Counted from the stretch's first letter, positions 7,850 to 17,875 are shown. The stretch: DNA of 64,000 nt from Spirochaetia bacterium (GCA_963662795.1 OY759746.1:160001-224000), one strand, 5' to 3'. Notes: generated by a model from the sequence alone, not told the origin. Translations and numbers: made by a program.

Positions 7850-7987
7850 TTTATTCTCCTGAGGAGAATATACGGCCTCTTTGTTAAACTGGTATTAATA
7901 ATGCATTTATTTTCTGTTATTGATCAACATTTATTGTAAATGCGGAATATTCTTTTAATTTTTTGCGGATAACATAAAAGGAAGTAT

Positions 7988-9214
7988 TTATTCAATATCA
8001 GGATATTTGTTCTGTATTGATTTAATTATATCAAGAACTTCAAAAAATACTTCAACAAGTTCAGGGTCGAATTTACTGCCTGAAAGCTGTGCTATTTCAT
8101 TAAGGACATCATTTTCATCCCAGGAATTCTTGTATACTCTTTTTGAAGACAGGGCGTCAAATACATCCGCTATAGATACAATTCTGCCGAAGAGGCTTAT
8201 TTCTTCACCCTTTCTTGGAAGGGGCTCTCCTTTAAGATTTTTCTCAAGAGCTTTCCCAGTTTGAAGATCAATAAAACCGGGGTACCCGGTACCGTCCCAG
8301 TTTTCATGATGCATAAGCGCAACATCACAGGAAATTTCATCAAGCACAGAATGTTTGCTTGAAAAAAGCCTTGCGCCGAGAAAAGTATGGCTTTTCATTA
8401 TTGTATATTCGTCATCTGTAAACCGTGCCGGCTTTTTCAGTATCGCGTCTGATATCGCAACCTTTCCGACATCATGAAGCATTGCCGCAATTTTCAGAGA
8501 GTCCCTTGTCTTTTCAATTTCGTCTTCCGCTATCCCCCTGTTTCTTGCCCATTTTTCATATATTTCAACTGAATATGAGGCAACCCTGTTTACATGCGGC
8601 CCGGTTTCCTTGGGATCACGAAGCTCAGCCATCTGTATCATCCTGAGTACCATAGAGCGGGTCATCTGCGCCCTCTGAAGAACGATACTTGCCGAGCTGG
8701 CAAAATGCGTTATATACAGCTGATCCTCCTCCGTAAAAACTGTAACGGCGCATTTTTTATCAAGGGGATTGATCATCTGCAAGACACCAAGAACTTCTCC
8801 GTTAAGGTTACTAAGCGGAAAAGTAAGCATCGACTTTGTTGTATATCCCGATTTTCTATCAAAGGTAGAGTCAAAACTATAGGAAGCTGATTGGTCTATG
8901 TTGTAAACATCAGGAATACAAAGTGTCTCCCCTGTTGTTGCAACATATCCTGAAATGGAATTTCTGTTTACCGGTACCTTAAAAGAATTGTAAATAAGTT
9001 TTTTACCCGGCGGCAGCAGGGCCTGCTTGGTGTCATTCTGTGCATGGGCAAAAATAAGATTTTCCCCTTCTTTAAGGTAAATAGTTCCCGCATCTGCACT
9101 TACAAATTTTCTGGCTTCTGACAGTATTCTCTCAAGAAGTATATCTACATCCTGAACAGTATTAAGTTCGGTTCCGAGTTTTAAAACCTTTTGAATTTTT
9201 TCAACTTCTGTCAT
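7988..9214 (-). CDS. GAF + HD-GYP cyclic di-nucleotide phosphodiesterase
   Basis: N-terminal GAF; ETGPHVNRV, LHDVGK, HHENWDGTGYP, IADVFDALSSKRVYK. Confidence 0.92.
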   Translation of the reverse strand: MTEVEKIQKVLKLGTELNTVQDVDILLERILSEARKFVSADAGTIYLKEGENLIFAHAQNDTKQALLPPGKKLIYNSFKVPVNRNSISGYVATTGETLCIPDVYNIDQSASYSFDSTFDRKSGYTTKSMLTFPLSNLNGEVLGVLQMINPLDKKCAVTVFTEEDQLYITHFASSASIVLQRAQMTRSMVLRMIQMAELRDPKETGPHVNRVASYSVEIYEKWARNRGIAEDEIEKTRDSLKIAAMLHDVGKVAISDAILKKPARFTDDEYTIMKSHTFLGARLFSSKHSVLDEISCDVALMHHENWDGTGYPGFIDLQTGKALEKNLKGEPLPRKGEEISLFGRIVSIADVFDALSSKRVYKNSWDENDVLNEIAQLSGSKFDPELVEVFFEVLDIIKSIQNKYPDIE

Positions 9215-9533
9215 AATAAATCAGCAACACCTTCTCTGCACATTTCCATATGAAATTTAAACTATAGCTTAAACTTCGGTATTCAAAGCAAATAATTATA
9301 TTAATATAAGCATCGGCATCAGCATTAGGCAAGCTAAAGGTAAAAATAACAAAAACCAGCTTCTCCAGTACCAGGAGCAGCTGGAAAATGCCTTGAATTA
9401 TCACACCTGGACTCCCCCGGTCAAATAAACCTGTTTCATTATCACAGTTAACTGAACCATTACAGTTGACAACAATCCCCCTCAACTGTAATAATTCTTT
9501 AATATATCTGATATTTATTAAAACAGGAAAATT

Positions 9534-10040
9534 ATGACAGATAAAAAAAATATAATCCGGCATATATCCACCCATACCCTGCTTAAATCACTCGAACCGC
9601 TCAGTGTCAAAAAACTTGTAGACGCAGGGGAAATTATAACTTTTGAAGAAGGTGATTTAATAATCAGGGAAGATGAGGTAAGCCCTCATGTCTTTTTTAT
9701 TATTTCAGGCACAGTAAATATTGATGTTAAAGGCAAAGAAAAGGACATTTATATCTGTTCAATGGGTTCGGGAGAATTTATCGGGGAAGCAGGTATTTTC
9801 ATGACATTGAAAAGAACAGCAAATGTACGGTCGGCAGACAGATCTGTTCTTCTCAGAATCGGAAGAGATAATTTTCACTCTTTCATAAAGGAAAAACCTG
9901 CAGCTGGCATAAAAGTGCTGCTTATCATTATCTACAGCATGCTTAAAAAACTCTCTGTGACAAACCAGGAGCTTGCATTTGAAAGACAGCATGATATTGT
10001 GCAGGACGATATTGATGAAATTATAAAAAATTTCATCTGA
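9534..10040 (+). CDS. Stand-alone cyclic nucleotide-binding domain protein
   Basis: GEFIGEAG...RTANVR phosphate-binding cassette; no HTH visible. Confidence 0.85.
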   Translation: MTDKKNIIRHISTHTLLKSLEPLSVKKLVDAGEIITFEEGDLIIREDEVSPHVFFIISGTVNIDVKGKEKDIYICSMGSGEFIGEAGIFMTLKRTANVRSADRSVLLRIGRDNFHSFIKEKPAAGIKVLLIIIYSMLKKLSVTNQELAFERQHDIVQDDIDEIIKNFI

Positions 10041-10045
10041 AAACC

Positions 10046-11614
10046 CTATTTTTTCAGTATATAATGACACCCTATCGGTTTTGAATTCCTGATAGCAGAA
10101 TCTACTATAATACTTGAACAGACAGATGCATTTCTCAATTCTATAATACTTGTATTAAGCTTTGCCTGATGATAGAATTTGAGAATTCTGTATGTAAAAT
10201 AATTAAGGTCCGCAAGAGCCCTGCTTAATCCCTTATGGGTTCTTATTATCCCCGCATAGTTCCACATTGTCAGCTGCAAAGCCCGCATATCCTGATCTAC
10301 AAGGACAGGATCAATTTCTTCTGTTCTTGAAGGATCCTGCCAGTCAGGAATCCTTGCCGTCCTCTTCACATCAGGATTTATCCGTTCTGAGGCAATTGCT
10401 TCAGCCGCCTTTTTCCCCCAGAGAAGCCCTTCAAGCAGTGATGTTGATGCAAGCCTGTTGGCTCCGTGAATCCCGGTACAGCTTGCTTCCCCTATCGCAT
10501 AAAGATTGGTAACAGATGACTTGCCGTCAAGATAGACTTTGATCCCTCCGCAGAAATAGTGCTCTGCCGGAACAACAGGGATAGGCTCTTTTGTTATATC
10601 GATTCCCCCTTTAAGACAGGTCTTGTATGTGTTGGAGAACCTTTCTTCAATGGGAATACTCCCTTTGTAATTATTTGACAGGTCCAGAAACATGTATTCA
10701 CTGCCGGTTTTGCTCATTTTGTCAAAAATCGCCCTTGCGACAACATCCCTCGGCGCAAGATCCTTTAGGGGAGAATAGTCTTTCATGAACTCATTTCTGC
10801 TGTGGTCTTTTATCCGGGCGCCCTCGCCCCTCAGGGACTCTGAGATCAGAAATCTTTTTATATCGCGGTGAAAGAGGGATGTTGGATGAAACTGGACAAA
10901 TTCCGCATTGATGATGTCGGCCCCTGCCCTGTATGCCATGCTGATGCCGTCGCCGGTTGCTGATACAGGATTGGTTGTATACTGATATATATTGCCTATT
11001 CCTCCGGTTGCAAGCACTACTGAGCCTGAAAAAAATGTATCTACCTCGCCGGTGCTGTTGTTAAGGGCATACAGGCCGAGAACTTCCCTGGGTTTATACA
11101 TTTCCTGTGTATCTTTGGAATGATGGTTGTTGGTAATGAGGTCTATGGCGGTGTATCCGGTAACAAGCTTGATGTTAAGTATTTCCGCATAAGAGAGAAG
11201 ATCTGTAATTATCCGGTCCCCTGTATGGTCCTCGAAATGGGCAATGCGCCTTATCTGGTGTGCTGCTTCACCTGTATAGTCAATTTCTCCTGATGTTTTG
11301 CGGCTGAATGATACTCCTGCTTCATTTATCAAAAAATCAGGGACAAGGGGAGGCCCTTCCTTTACAAACATTTTTACAGCTTCGATTCTGTTATAGTCGC
11401 ACCCTGCGAGCATAATATCGTGTTCAAGTTTTTCTTCCGTATCATCAGGGCAGGCCGATATTATCCCGCCCTGGGCGTAAAAAGTATTGCTTTCCTGAGG
11501 TATGCTGTTTTTCGTAAGGACAACTACATCAATTCCTGCTTTTTTAAGGTTTATCGCACAGGTAAGGCCTGCAATCCCTGACCCGACTATAATTGATTCA
11601 TAATGGTATCTCAT
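10046..11614 (-). CDS. nadB: L-aspartate oxidase
   Basis: GSGIAG, YAQGGI, QFHPT, LISESLRGEG, LAPRDVVARA, HGANRLASTSLLEG; operon with nadA/nadC. Confidence 0.95.
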   Translation of the reverse strand: MRYHYESIIVGSGIAGLTCAINLKKAGIDVVVLTKNSIPQESNTFYAQGGIISACPDDTEEKLEHDIMLAGCDYNRIEAVKMFVKEGPPLVPDFLINEAGVSFSRKTSGEIDYTGEAAHQIRRIAHFEDHTGDRIITDLLSYAEILNIKLVTGYTAIDLITNNHHSKDTQEMYKPREVLGLYALNNSTGEVDTFFSGSVVLATGGIGNIYQYTTNPVSATGDGISMAYRAGADIINAEFVQFHPTSLFHRDIKRFLISESLRGEGARIKDHSRNEFMKDYSPLKDLAPRDVVARAIFDKMSKTGSEYMFLDLSNNYKGSIPIEERFSNTYKTCLKGGIDITKEPIPVVPAEHYFCGGIKVYLDGKSSVTNLYAIGEASCTGIHGANRLASTSLLEGLLWGKKAAEAIASERINPDVKRTARIPDWQDPSRTEEIDPVLVDQDMRALQLTMWNYAGIIRTHKGLSRALADLNYFTYRILKFYHQAKLNTSIIELRNASVCSSIIVDSAIRNSKPIGCHYILKK

Positions 11615-12699
11615 TTCATGCCTGCTATAATTATCATTTTATCAAGCGCTTTTTTGGCGTTTGCCCTGTAGCTTTCAGGTACAGACACAGGGAATTTTAG
11701 TTTCCCCCTGCCATTCTCAAATTCTTCGATTGAATATAATGATTCTGAAAGATTTACAAGATTGTTTTTATTCATATTCATACATGTATTTTTATTAAGC
11801 GGAACAATTTTCCTGTCTTTAAAGGTTTCAGAAAGTCTTTCGACAAATGTAAGTTCTGTCCCCACCCCCCAGACTGAACCGGCCGGGGAAGCGCTTACAA
11901 CATCATAAATCTTCTGGGTTGATCCCTGCATATCAGCAAGGGAGGCGACCTCAGGTTTGACTTCCGGATGTACTATAATAGTTCCGTCAGGATATTTCTG
12001 CCTGAAACTGTTTATGTCACTGACGCTGAATTTGTGGTGGACAGGGCACATTCCGTCCCAAAGATAGAGCTTTATCTTTTCCGGCGATGAATTATGCTCA
12101 ATTTTGAAATCTCTTTTGACAAGCGCTATCTCATCTTCTTTGAGACCTGCCTTGCGGGCTGTATTTACACCCAGGTTGTAATCAGGTATGAAGAAAAGCT
12201 TTTCATCCCTGGAAAGATAATAATTCATAATTTTTTGGGCATTTGAGCTTGTACATACAGAACCGTCAAACTCTCCGCAGAAGCTTTTTGAGTCAACATG
12301 CGAATTCATGTAAACAACAGGGACAGGAGTACTGCCTGAAAAATTTTTAATGTGCTCAAGTGCTTTTAAACCTGCATTTCTGTCAATCATGTCTGCCATC
12401 GGGCATCCGGCATCAAGGTCCGGGACAACAATCCGCTGATTCTCTCCGGTCAGGATTTCGACACCTTCTGCCATAAAAGATACCCCGCAGAAAACTATCC
12501 ACTGTGCAGAAGTCTCTGCCGCCTCCACTGCCAGTTTATAGGAATCTCCCGTAAGGTCTGCGAATTCAATAATTGCGGCAGGAACATAATGATGGGCCGG
12601 AATTATAAGGCGGTTTTTATATCTTTTTTTAAAATCAGAAATATATTTTTTGTAATCATCATTTTTGTAATTTTTAAATTTCAATTCAGCTGTTTCCAT
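11611..12699 (-). CDS. nadA: Quinolinate synthase
   Basis: AHHY, GDSYKLA, FCGVSFMAE, AGCPMA, CPVH, VHPE, CMNM. Confidence 0.95.
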   Translation of the reverse strand: METAELKFKNYKNDDYKKYISDFKKRYKNRLIIPAHHYVPAAIIEFADLTGDSYKLAVEAAETSAQWIVFCGVSFMAEGVEILTGENQRIVVPDLDAGCPMADMIDRNAGLKALEHIKNFSGSTPVPVVYMNSHVDSKSFCGEFDGSVCTSSNAQKIMNYYLSRDEKLFFIPDYNLGVNTARKAGLKEDEIALVKRDFKIEHNSSPEKIKLYLWDGMCPVHHKFSVSDINSFRQKYPDGTIIVHPEVKPEVASLADMQGSTQKIYDVVSASPAGSVWGVGTELTFVERLSETFKDRKIVPLNKNTCMNMNKNNLVNLSESLYSIEEFENGRGKLKFPVSVPESYRANAKKALDKMIIIAGMK

Positions 12700-12713
12700 T
12701 ATTTAACCTTCTT

Positions 12714-13550
12714 TTACTTGAAATTGATATTTTTAAGACTGAAATCAAATGATTTTATTGTGTGGGTAAGTTCTCCGAAAGAAATATAATTAACCCCTGT
12801 TTTTGAAACTGTTTCAATCCTCTCAAGGCTCATGTTGCCTGAGGCTTCTGTCTCTGCCCCGGATGCAATCAGTCTGACTGCTTCTGCTGTAATTTCATCA
12901 GACATATTGTCAAGCATTATCCTGTCGGCGCCGGATTCAAGGGCTTTTTTAACCTCGTCAAGGTCTCTTGCCTCGACCTCAATTTTAACTTTGCCGCCGA
13001 ATCTGTTCCTTATTTTTTCTACTGCTTTTTCAATGCTTCCGGCAGCATCTATGTGGGTATCCTTGACCAGAGCCATATCATAAAGCCCTGCCCTGTGGTT
13101 AAACGCGCCTCCGCACCTTACGGCGTATTTTGAGAGCATTCTGTAGCCGGGAATTGTTTTTCTTGTATCGAGAATTTTAACTTTTCCGTCTGCATTCTTT
13201 ACAAAAAGTGATGTTTTAGTTGCAATTGCGGAAAGCATTGCAATGAAATTTATCGAAGTCCTCTCTGCCTTTAAAATTGAGACAATCTTCCCCTCAATAT
13301 CCGCTATTATATCGCCCGGTTTAATCACCTCTCCGTCTTCGAACCATGCTGTTACAAGTGTTTCACTGTCGACAGTTTTATAAACCCTGGTAAAGATATC
13401 AATTCCGCAGAGTATTCCGCTTTCTTTTGCCAAAAGCCTGTATTTTCCATACTGATCTGTAAATACAGATTCCGATGTTATATCTCCATCTTTTCCGAGG
13501 TCTTCCTCAAGTGCGAGTTTTATTAGCAAATCTTCATTTCCGGCAGACAA
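12714..13550 (-). CDS. nadC: Nicotinate-nucleotide pyrophosphorylase (carboxylating)
   Basis: ALEEDLG..GDITS, DTRKTIPG, NHRAGLYD, IMLDNM, EASGN; TTG start with AGGAG RBS. Confidence 0.95.
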   Translation of the reverse strand: MSAGNEDLLIKLALEEDLGKDGDITSESVFTDQYGKYRLLAKESGILCGIDIFTRVYKTVDSETLVTAWFEDGEVIKPGDIIADIEGKIVSILKAERTSINFIAMLSAIATKTSLFVKNADGKVKILDTRKTIPGYRMLSKYAVRCGGAFNHRAGLYDMALVKDTHIDAAGSIEKAVEKIRNRFGGKVKIEVEARDLDEVKKALESGADRIMLDNMSDEITAEAVRLIASGAETEASGNMSLERIETVSKTGVNYISFGELTHTIKSFDFSLKNINFK

Positions 13551-13650
13551 ACCAAATCTCCTGCTGAAAGTACTTTAGCCAGTTTAGTCCTTATTGTAAA
13601 TATTTACCAGATAACTCATGCATTAAACTGTTTTTTCATTGCCGGACTTT

Positions 13651-14580
13651 TCACAGTTTTCCGTAAAAAACATGGCAGTACGGCTCGCCGCCTGTTTTCC
13701 TGTAATAATCCTGATGATATTCTTCAGCTTTCCAGAATCTGCCTGCTTTGGTAATTTCAGTTGCAACTTTATATCCCTTATCCTCAAGCTGTTTAACAAT
13801 CTTTTCAGCTGTTTTTTTCTGGTTTTCAGTAAGATAGAAAACACCGGATCTGTACTGTGAACCGAAATCCGGCCCCTGCCTGTTAATCTGAGTCGGATCA
13901 TGTGTGTTGAAAAAATAAATGACGAGCTCCTCATAACTTATCACATCCGGATCAAAGAAGACCTCAACAGCTTCCGCATGCCCTGTTTCTCCGGTTGAAA
14001 CTTCCCTGTAAGTCGGCTTATCCTTGTTTCCTCCTGTATAGCCGGAAACGGCAGATGCAACACCGTCAAGTTTTTCAAACATGTATTCCGTCCCCCAGAA
14101 ACAGCCTGAAGCAAAAACTGCTTTTTCCAGCCGTTTCTCCACCTGGGCAGGAGCAAATTCAACCGAAATTGAGTTTACACAGTGCCTTGTGTTATTTTTG
14201 GTATACCCTTCTCCCCTGAAAACATGCCCCAGGTGGGCATTGCAGTTTGCGCATACTATCTCTGTTCTGACCCCGTCTGCATCCTTTATCTCTTTTACCG
14301 CACCTTCTATCTGGTCATCAAAAGAAGGCCAGCCGCAGCCTGAGTCAAATTTATCTGAGCTTGAAAACAGCGGTGTCCCGCAGTTTTTGCACAGATATGT
14401 CCCGTCCTCATGGTGATCAAAGTATTCGCCGGAAAACGCATATTCTGTTCCCTTTTCCTTTATAACGGAAAATTCAAAGGGCGTTAAAAGTCTTTCATCA
14501 GGTTTCAATTTATCATCCTCCCCTGCATACCCGTTCAGGGCAGCAAATAAAACTGTCAGCAGAAGTATTATTTTTTTCAT
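13651..14580 (-). CDS. msrBA: Bifunctional methionine sulfoxide reductase MsrB-MsrA with signal peptide
   Basis: MsrB: CKNC, SGCGWPSF, CANC, HLGHVF, RHCVNS; MsrA: SGCFWG, HAEAV, HDPT, AEEYHQDY; N-terminal hydrophobic signal. Confidence 0.92.
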   Translation of the reverse strand: MKKIILLLTVLFAALNGYAGEDDKLKPDERLLTPFEFSVIKEKGTEYAFSGEYFDHHEDGTYLCKNCGTPLFSSSDKFDSGCGWPSFDDQIEGAVKEIKDADGVRTEIVCANCNAHLGHVFRGEGYTKNNTRHCVNSISVEFAPAQVEKRLEKAVFASGCFWGTEYMFEKLDGVASAVSGYTGGNKDKPTYREVSTGETGHAEAVEVFFDPDVISYEELVIYFFNTHDPTQINRQGPDFGSQYRSGVFYLTENQKKTAEKIVKQLEDKGYKVATEITKAGRFWKAEEYHQDYYRKTGGEPYCHVFYGKL

Positions 14581-14635
14581 ATATACAATATACTTCTATT
14601 TTAATAATCGTGGAATATCACAGGGGACAAATAAG

Positions 14636-16597
14636 ATGTTTGAAGAAAGTTTAATACCGCTCACGCCTCAGCTGGAAATAATGATAAAAAAAAACCCGCT
14701 CCTTAACATAGACACATTTATAATACCGTCGCCCTACATAAATGATCTTGCTGTTGAAAAGGATTATAATTTCAGCTTTGTATGTCTTATTGAAGGGGAA
14801 ATTCTCGGGTATATGCTTGTTTATTCCGATAAAATCAAGCTCAACTTTCACATCTATAAGCTTGTTACAAGCCCGTTCGGCCGGAGTATGGGAATTGGTA
14901 CGGCATTTATTGAATATCTTGCGCAAAAAATACCGGAAAATTCAAATGTTTATCTGTATATATGGGAAAAACAAACTGACACAATTGAATTCTTCAAGAA
15001 CAAGGGTTTTACAGTCGGGGATCAGATTGTATACAGAAATCTGGTCTATTACTACCTTGCTGCAGACCGGAAAAACATTCTTGAGCTGAAAGCGGTTAAA
15101 CCGGAAATGCAGCAGCCGGGACTGGAGGAAATCGGAAAAACAAGGCATGACGCAAGAAAGACGCTTCGCCTTCTGAGTCACATGGTAGAATCCATTTCAA
15201 TCGACAACTGCAATAAAATAGTTGAAGATATAAACAGGGAAACAACATCTCTTATAAACATGATAAACTCTTTCAGGGACAGCACACAGACAAGGCATGA
15301 CGTAAACCTGAGGGAACTGCTTCTCGAGAGGATTGTCCCTTTTATAAAAGCATCCCCCGTTTACTCACGGGTACGGTTAAACCTTAATTCAGATTCACCG
15401 ATTGTATATGGTTATTACATAAACATCAGCAGGGCACTTATAAATCTTATATCAAACTCGCTTGACTCAATTGAAGAAACTGAGCGGAAAGGATTTATAG
15501 TAATTACCGTAAGTGAAAACAGGAACAATATCACACTTAAAATCAAAGATAACGGATCAGGAATTGATGAAGAAAAGCTTGTCCCCGGAACAGACGGACT
15601 TCCTCTATTTGTAGGAAAAACAACAAAAGGACACAAGACAGGGGAAGGAACCGGTACCAGACAGATCTATTCAACATTCGGGCATGAAAATATATCAGTT
15701 ATCAGTAAAAAGGGGAAAGGGACGACATGGAGCATAAGATTCGATAAAAGCCAGACCGGTACTGATAAAGTATATATTGTTATGGAAAGACGATTCAACG
15801 AGTTTATGAGTCTTTTAGAATATTACAAGATCAGGAGAGATTCGGAAAGGACAAAGGTCATAGTATATATATGGAACCTGAGAAAGATGGAAATATTCCT
15901 TTATGACCTTATTATGCTTTTCAGCACATATCACAACATAAGAATGATTTACAGAACAGTCCTGGCATATCTCATGGATGTTTTATCCAAAGAACAGTTT
16001 ACAGATGCAATATCGGCCTACAGATCAGATTATGAAAAAACAAAAAAATGGCTCTACGAAACAGTCCTTGAATTAAAGGAGAGATATAACTGCATCAGGG
16101 AAAATATTGATAAAGATAAATTCAGAGGCGCGTTATTCAAAAGCTATGGTATAGGAATGGAAAACAACATCATCTTCACACTTGATCCTGAAACAGGTGA
16201 TTTTTTCGCAACTGACAGAAAACTGGCAGAACATCTTGATTTTGTGCCCTATCTGGAGAAAGACAAGAATTTACTGCTTAGAGGCGAATTCAGGGGTGAT
16301 CTTAATAATGAAAGCAGCGCTGTTTTTCTGGGAGTCTGGAGCATTGATTCAGAAGGGGATCTGATTGAAAAACTCAAACTGATCAGGAAAGGAGCGCAAA
16401 CTCTGCTTAAAATGGGAATCCATCAGGGGAAAAAACTTTCATTATACCAGACTACCTATGTAAAAGCCAAAAGAGATATTGATACCTACAAGACTACAAC
16501 TCTGAAAGCTTTTGCAGATACTGATGACAATGGACTTGAAAAATACATCCGTCCTGCTGATGATGAATTTCAGGAATATGCTTTCGCGGTTGACTGA
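14636..16597 (+). CDS. GNAT acetyltransferase + histidine kinase-like (HATPase_c) + unknown C-terminal domain
   Basis: GNAT motif A (GRSMGIG, FFKNKGF); H-box-like RHDARK; N-box NLISNSLD, G1 DNGSGI, G2 TTK..GEGTGT; ~280 aa unrecognised tail. Confidence 0.8.
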   Translation: MFEESLIPLTPQLEIMIKKNPLLNIDTFIIPSPYINDLAVEKDYNFSFVCLIEGEILGYMLVYSDKIKLNFHIYKLVTSPFGRSMGIGTAFIEYLAQKIPENSNVYLYIWEKQTDTIEFFKNKGFTVGDQIVYRNLVYYYLAADRKNILELKAVKPEMQQPGLEEIGKTRHDARKTLRLLSHMVESISIDNCNKIVEDINRETTSLINMINSFRDSTQTRHDVNLRELLLERIVPFIKASPVYSRVRLNLNSDSPIVYGYYINISRALINLISNSLDSIEETERKGFIVITVSENRNNITLKIKDNGSGIDEEKLVPGTDGLPLFVGKTTKGHKTGEGTGTRQIYSTFGHENISVISKKGKGTTWSIRFDKSQTGTDKVYIVMERRFNEFMSLLEYYKIRRDSERTKVIVYIWNLRKMEIFLYDLIMLFSTYHNIRMIYRTVLAYLMDVLSKEQFTDAISAYRSDYEKTKKWLYETVLELKERYNCIRENIDKDKFRGALFKSYGIGMENNIIFTLDPETGDFFATDRKLAEHLDFVPYLEKDKNLLLRGEFRGDLNNESSAVFLGVWSIDSEGDLIEKLKLIRKGAQTLLKMGIHQGKKLSLYQTTYVKAKRDIDTYKTTTLKAFADTDDNGLEKYIRPADDEFQEYAFAVD

Positions 16598-16723
16598 TAT
16601 TACTGGAATATCAGTCAGTATCCCTATTTTTTAATATTTTAAAATAATGCTATTATTATCCTAAGCTGTTTGCTAAAATAAAAAGAATTGCGTCAGGAAG
16701 AGCCTGAGGAGAATTCAGTGAAC

Positions 16724-17620
16724 ATGAAAATGATCAATAGAACCAAGCTTGCCTACAGTGAGGGAATTTCATCAGTAATAATAAACACACTGCTTTTTGC
16801 AATTAAATTATGGGCAGGTACCATAACAGGCTCGATTGCAGTTATTGCTGATGCCTGGCACACACTATCTGATTCACTTACTTCCGTAATTGTAATTTTT
16901 GGAGCAAAGTCGGCTAATAAACCTGCAGATAAAGAACATCCGTTCGGCCATGGGAGATCTGAACTTATTACATCAATAGTCATAGGCGTACTCCTTAGTG
17001 TCGTAGGAATAAATTTCATAACTGAATCAGTCCACAGGCTTTACATCAGGGAAAGATCGGATTTTTCTATCTCTGTACTTGCTGTTATGACTGTATCAGT
17101 TATTTTAAAGGAAGCGCTGGCTCAGTTTTCTTTCTGGGCGTACAGAAAAACAGGGTCAACGGCCTTAAAGGCAGACGGCTGGCACCACAGAAGCGACTCC
17201 CTGGCATCTCTATTAATTGTAGCAGGGATCTTTTTCAGCCGTATGTTTTGGTGGATAGATGCGGTTCTCGGCCTGATTGTTTCTGTAATAATTATAATAT
17301 CTGCTATTTCGATTATCAGGGAAGGCGCCGCGCCTCTTCTTGGGGAATCACCCGACAAGACGTTAATCAGGAAGGTCAAAGCACTCGTCCGGGAGAATAC
17401 AGGATCAGACAACCATCTGCATCATCTGCACCTTCACAGGTATGGACATCATACAGAGCTGACTTTTCATATATGCCTGCCCGGAGATATAACCGTAGAA
17501 GAAGGGCATGAAGCTGCTACAAAAGTTGAAAATGCGTTAAGAGAAAAATTAAATATCGAAGCTACAATACATGTAGAGCCTGTTAAAAAGATTCAAAGTA
17601 CAAATAAAAAAATTGATTAA
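16724..17620 (+). CDS. Cation diffusion facilitator family transporter (FieF-like)
   Basis: ADAWHTLSD, HPFGHGR, ADGWHHRSD, C-terminal IHVEP; exact start uncertain (16688/16724). Confidence 0.92.
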   Translation: MKMINRTKLAYSEGISSVIINTLLFAIKLWAGTITGSIAVIADAWHTLSDSLTSVIVIFGAKSANKPADKEHPFGHGRSELITSIVIGVLLSVVGINFITESVHRLYIRERSDFSISVLAVMTVSVILKEALAQFSFWAYRKTGSTALKADGWHHRSDSLASLLIVAGIFFSRMFWWIDAVLGLIVSVIIIISAISIIREGAAPLLGESPDKTLIRKVKALVRENTGSDNHLHHLHLHRYGHHTELTFHICLPGDITVEEGHEAATKVENALREKLNIEATIHVEPVKKIQSTNKKID

Positions 17621-17660
17621 TCCGGCAAGCCATGCTATATTGTATATATCATATATACAA
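17613..17660 (+). promoter_or_regulatory. Sigma70 promoter with overlapping perfect palindromic operator
   Basis: TTGATT-17nt-TATATT with extended TG; TTGTATATAT-C-ATATATACAA at 17640-17660. Confidence 0.6.
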
Positions 17661-17671
17661 AGGAACTAATA

Positions 17672-17848
17672 ATGACGGAGTTTTTTATCAGGAATATACT
17701 ACCGGCCGGGATTGGAGCACTTGCCGGATACGGATACTATAAATTTATAGGATGTGCATCAGGGGCCTGTCCCATTACTTCAAATCCGGTAATTTCTACA
17801 ATCTATGGGGCAGGAATGGGTTACCTTCTGGCATATATGTGGAAGTAG
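17672..17848 (+). CDS. Small membrane protein, 58 aa, GCxxGxCPITSNP motif (DUF6132-like)
   Basis: Hand-translated MTEFFIRNILPAGIGALAGYGYYKFIGCASGACPITSNPVISTIYGAGMGYLLAYMWK; AAGGA RBS; not in ORF track. Confidence 0.85.
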   Translation: MTEFFIRNILPAGIGALAGYGYYKFIGCASGACPITSNPVISTIYGAGMGYLLAYMWK

Positions 17849-17875
17849 GATAATACTTATAAAAGGAGATTATTT

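Noticed and set aside
9201-9575. 124-aa minus-strand ORF
   Set aside because: Overlaps both flanking genes, has no recognisable motif, and the region is better explained as a divergent regulatory interval
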